Assembly: GCA_945889565.1 (NCBI GenBank)
Contig: CAMDBZ010000001.1
Coordinates: 1 to 32,513, forward strand
Reading direction: 5' to 3'
From: Thermoflexus hugenholtzii JAD2
Lineage (GTDB): Bacteria; Chloroflexota; Dehalococcoidia; UBA2979
DNA: 32,513 nucleotides
Numbering within the stretch: position 1 is the stretch's first letter; each line of letters starts with the position of its first letter. This document shows, piece after piece, positions 31,433-32,513 of the stretch. Both the position numbers and the translations under genes were made by a program. The notes beneath the pieces were generated by a model. The model saw only the letters and a list, made by a program, of their open reading frames with translations. It was not told where the DNA came from and did not search any database.

Positions 31433-32307
31433 TCGCGCGGGAGGTAGAGGCCGCTCGGGCGGGGCTCGAAGCCGGTCGGTCCGCGACGGGCAGGCGATTC
31501 GTCGGGGTCGAGGGCGGCGGGGTCGAGCGCGGCGAGCTCGGCGAGCTCCGCCTCGCTGTGGTACGGCGACGCGAGGATGTGCTCGCGCTCGACGGGCGTG
31601 CTGTCGCCGGCGGCGGCGCGCGCGAGCTGCTCGATGAGCTCGCCTTCGTCCCACACGCCGATGAAGCGCTGGCCGGCGGCGGGACGCATGCCGACGTAGG
31701 TGATCGGCACCTCGTGCACCGCGCGCCCGGCGGCGAGGCGCGGGAACTCGACGACCTCGATGAAGCGCGGGCGCAGCCGTGGCGTCTCGGTGGCGAGCGC
31801 GGCGCACAGGCGCAGCATGTGCGCGGAGAAGGCGTCGTACGGCGCGCCGAGCACCTCCAGCGCGACGCTGTCGGCGGGCGCGTCGTCGAGCGCGCGCAGG
31901 CGCTCGCGGTCGGCGTCGGCGATCGGGGTGTTGCCAGAGCTGAGCATGACGAGCGCGTCCACCATCGCGCCGAAGAGCAGGCCGGACCACAGGCCGTGCA
32001 CGCGCAGCTCGCGGCCGGCGCGGCCGCGCAGCACGGTGAGCGGGAGCAGCTCGACGCCGGCCTGCTGCGCGCGCGCGGCGTGGCGATCGACGTCGTACAG
32101 CGTGAGCGAGAGGTTGGCGTGCAGGCCCGCGAGCTGGCGCGCGGCGGCCAGGACGTCGGGGCAGTGCACGCACGGGTCGCGGTCGGTGCGCACGAGGGCG
32201 GACTCGGCCTGTGTCCACACGTCGATGGCGACGGGGCCGGTGAGCGCGCTCGCGAAGTGCGCAGCGACGGCCTGCAGCTCGTCGCGGCCGATCGGCGGGT
32301 TGGTCAT
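31429..32307 (-). CDS. thioredoxin-fold protein, PDO/glutaredoxin-like two-unit architecture with a single CxxC (CVHC)
   Basis: ATG 32307 has AAGGAGG 6 nt upstream. CVHC lies in the first unit. The second unit has APYDAFS where PDO-type proteins have CPYC. The family assignment is by eye only. Confidence 0.55.
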   Translation of the reverse strand: MTNPPIGRDELQAVAAHFASALTGPVAIDVWTQAESALVRTDRDPCVHCPDVLAAARQLAGLHANLSLTLYDVDRHAARAQQAGVELLPLTVLRGRAGRELRVHGLWSGLLFGAMVDALVMLSSGNTPIADADRERLRALDDAPADSVALEVLGAPYDAFSAHMLRLCAALATETPRLRPRFIEVVEFPRLAAGRAVHEVPITYVGMRPAAGQRFIGVWDEGELIEQLARAAAGDSTPVEREHILASPYHSEAELAELAALDPAALDPDESPARRGPTGFEPRPSGLYLPRD

Positions 32308-32513
32308 CGGGCGCCTCCTTGTGGGTCTCGCCGAGGGGGGCGGAGCGTGCGCAGGCCGAGCCAGAGGCGCTGCGCGGCGGTGAGCGGCGCGAGCGCGGCG
32401 AGCAACCACAGTGCGGGCGTGAGCGCGCCGATCAGCAACGCGACGCCGAGCACGACCACGCGCTCGGCGCGGGTGAAGAGGCCATCGGTGAGCTTCTCGC
32501 CGAGCCCCTCGAC
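32304..32513 (-). CDS. C-terminal fragment of a membrane protein, possibly CDP-alcohol phosphatidyltransferase-like; 5' end lies outside the window
   Basis: The reverse strand from 32513 reads VEGLGEKLTDGLFTRAERVVVLGVALLIGALTPALWLLAALAPLTAAQRLWLGLRTLRPPRRDPQGGAR and stops at TGA 32306-32304. That stop overlaps the ATG of the downstream gene (ATGA). Not in the ORF track because no start lies in the window. Confidence 0.35.
   Translation of the reverse strand, partial: VEGLGEKLTDGLFTRAERVVVLGVALLIGALTPALWLLAALAPLTAAQRLWLGLRTLRPPRRDPQGGAR

Overview
High-G+C (about 70% or more by eye), gene-dense bacterial chromosomal window. I found no rRNA, tRNA, CRISPR array, transposase or integrase.

Left to right:
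- aroA 3' end, remA, gmk.
- A ~0.9 kb non-coding stretch with a sigma70-like promoter, a Trp-specific T-box riboswitch (UGG specifier, intrinsic terminator) and a 54-codon uORF. The uORF has tandem Trp codons and its stop overlaps the trpE start.
- An unbroken plus-strand array of 15 tightly packed or overlapping genes (1994-15320): trpE, a Nudix-like/DinB-like fusion gene, trpG, trpD, trpC, trpF, trpB, a CPBP membrane protease, trpA, aroH chorismate mutase, DAHP synthase, scpA, ribF, tyrS and a hypothetical gene.
- A mostly minus-strand right half: a small low-GC membrane protein, an EF-G2-type paralogue, recJ, a DarT/DarG pair, two translationally coupled KAS II paralogues, fabD, nnr and acpS. 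Between the EF-G2 gene and recJ lies a plus-strand small membrane-protein gene flanked by two copies of a GC-rich palindromic REP-like element.
- folD, prfB with its programmed +1 frameshift, an MA-clan metallopeptidase, a thioredoxin-fold protein and a partial membrane protein.

The DarT/DarG pair (DNA ADP-ribosyltransferase toxin, macrodomain antitoxin) has visibly lower G+C than its neighbours and looks like an insertion.

Many long ORFs in the six-frame track are antisense or off-frame artefacts of stop-poor high-GC DNA.

I do not see an unambiguous, wholly new system. The best candidates for follow-up are:
- the DarTG insertion, which belongs to a known family;
- the two non-pathway genes embedded by translational coupling in the T-box-controlled trp operon;
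- the possible dual T-box plus Trp-codon uORF control.

The REP-like motif, the T-box on trpE and remA suggest a Chloroflexota-like high-GC Terrabacteria lineage. This is inference only.
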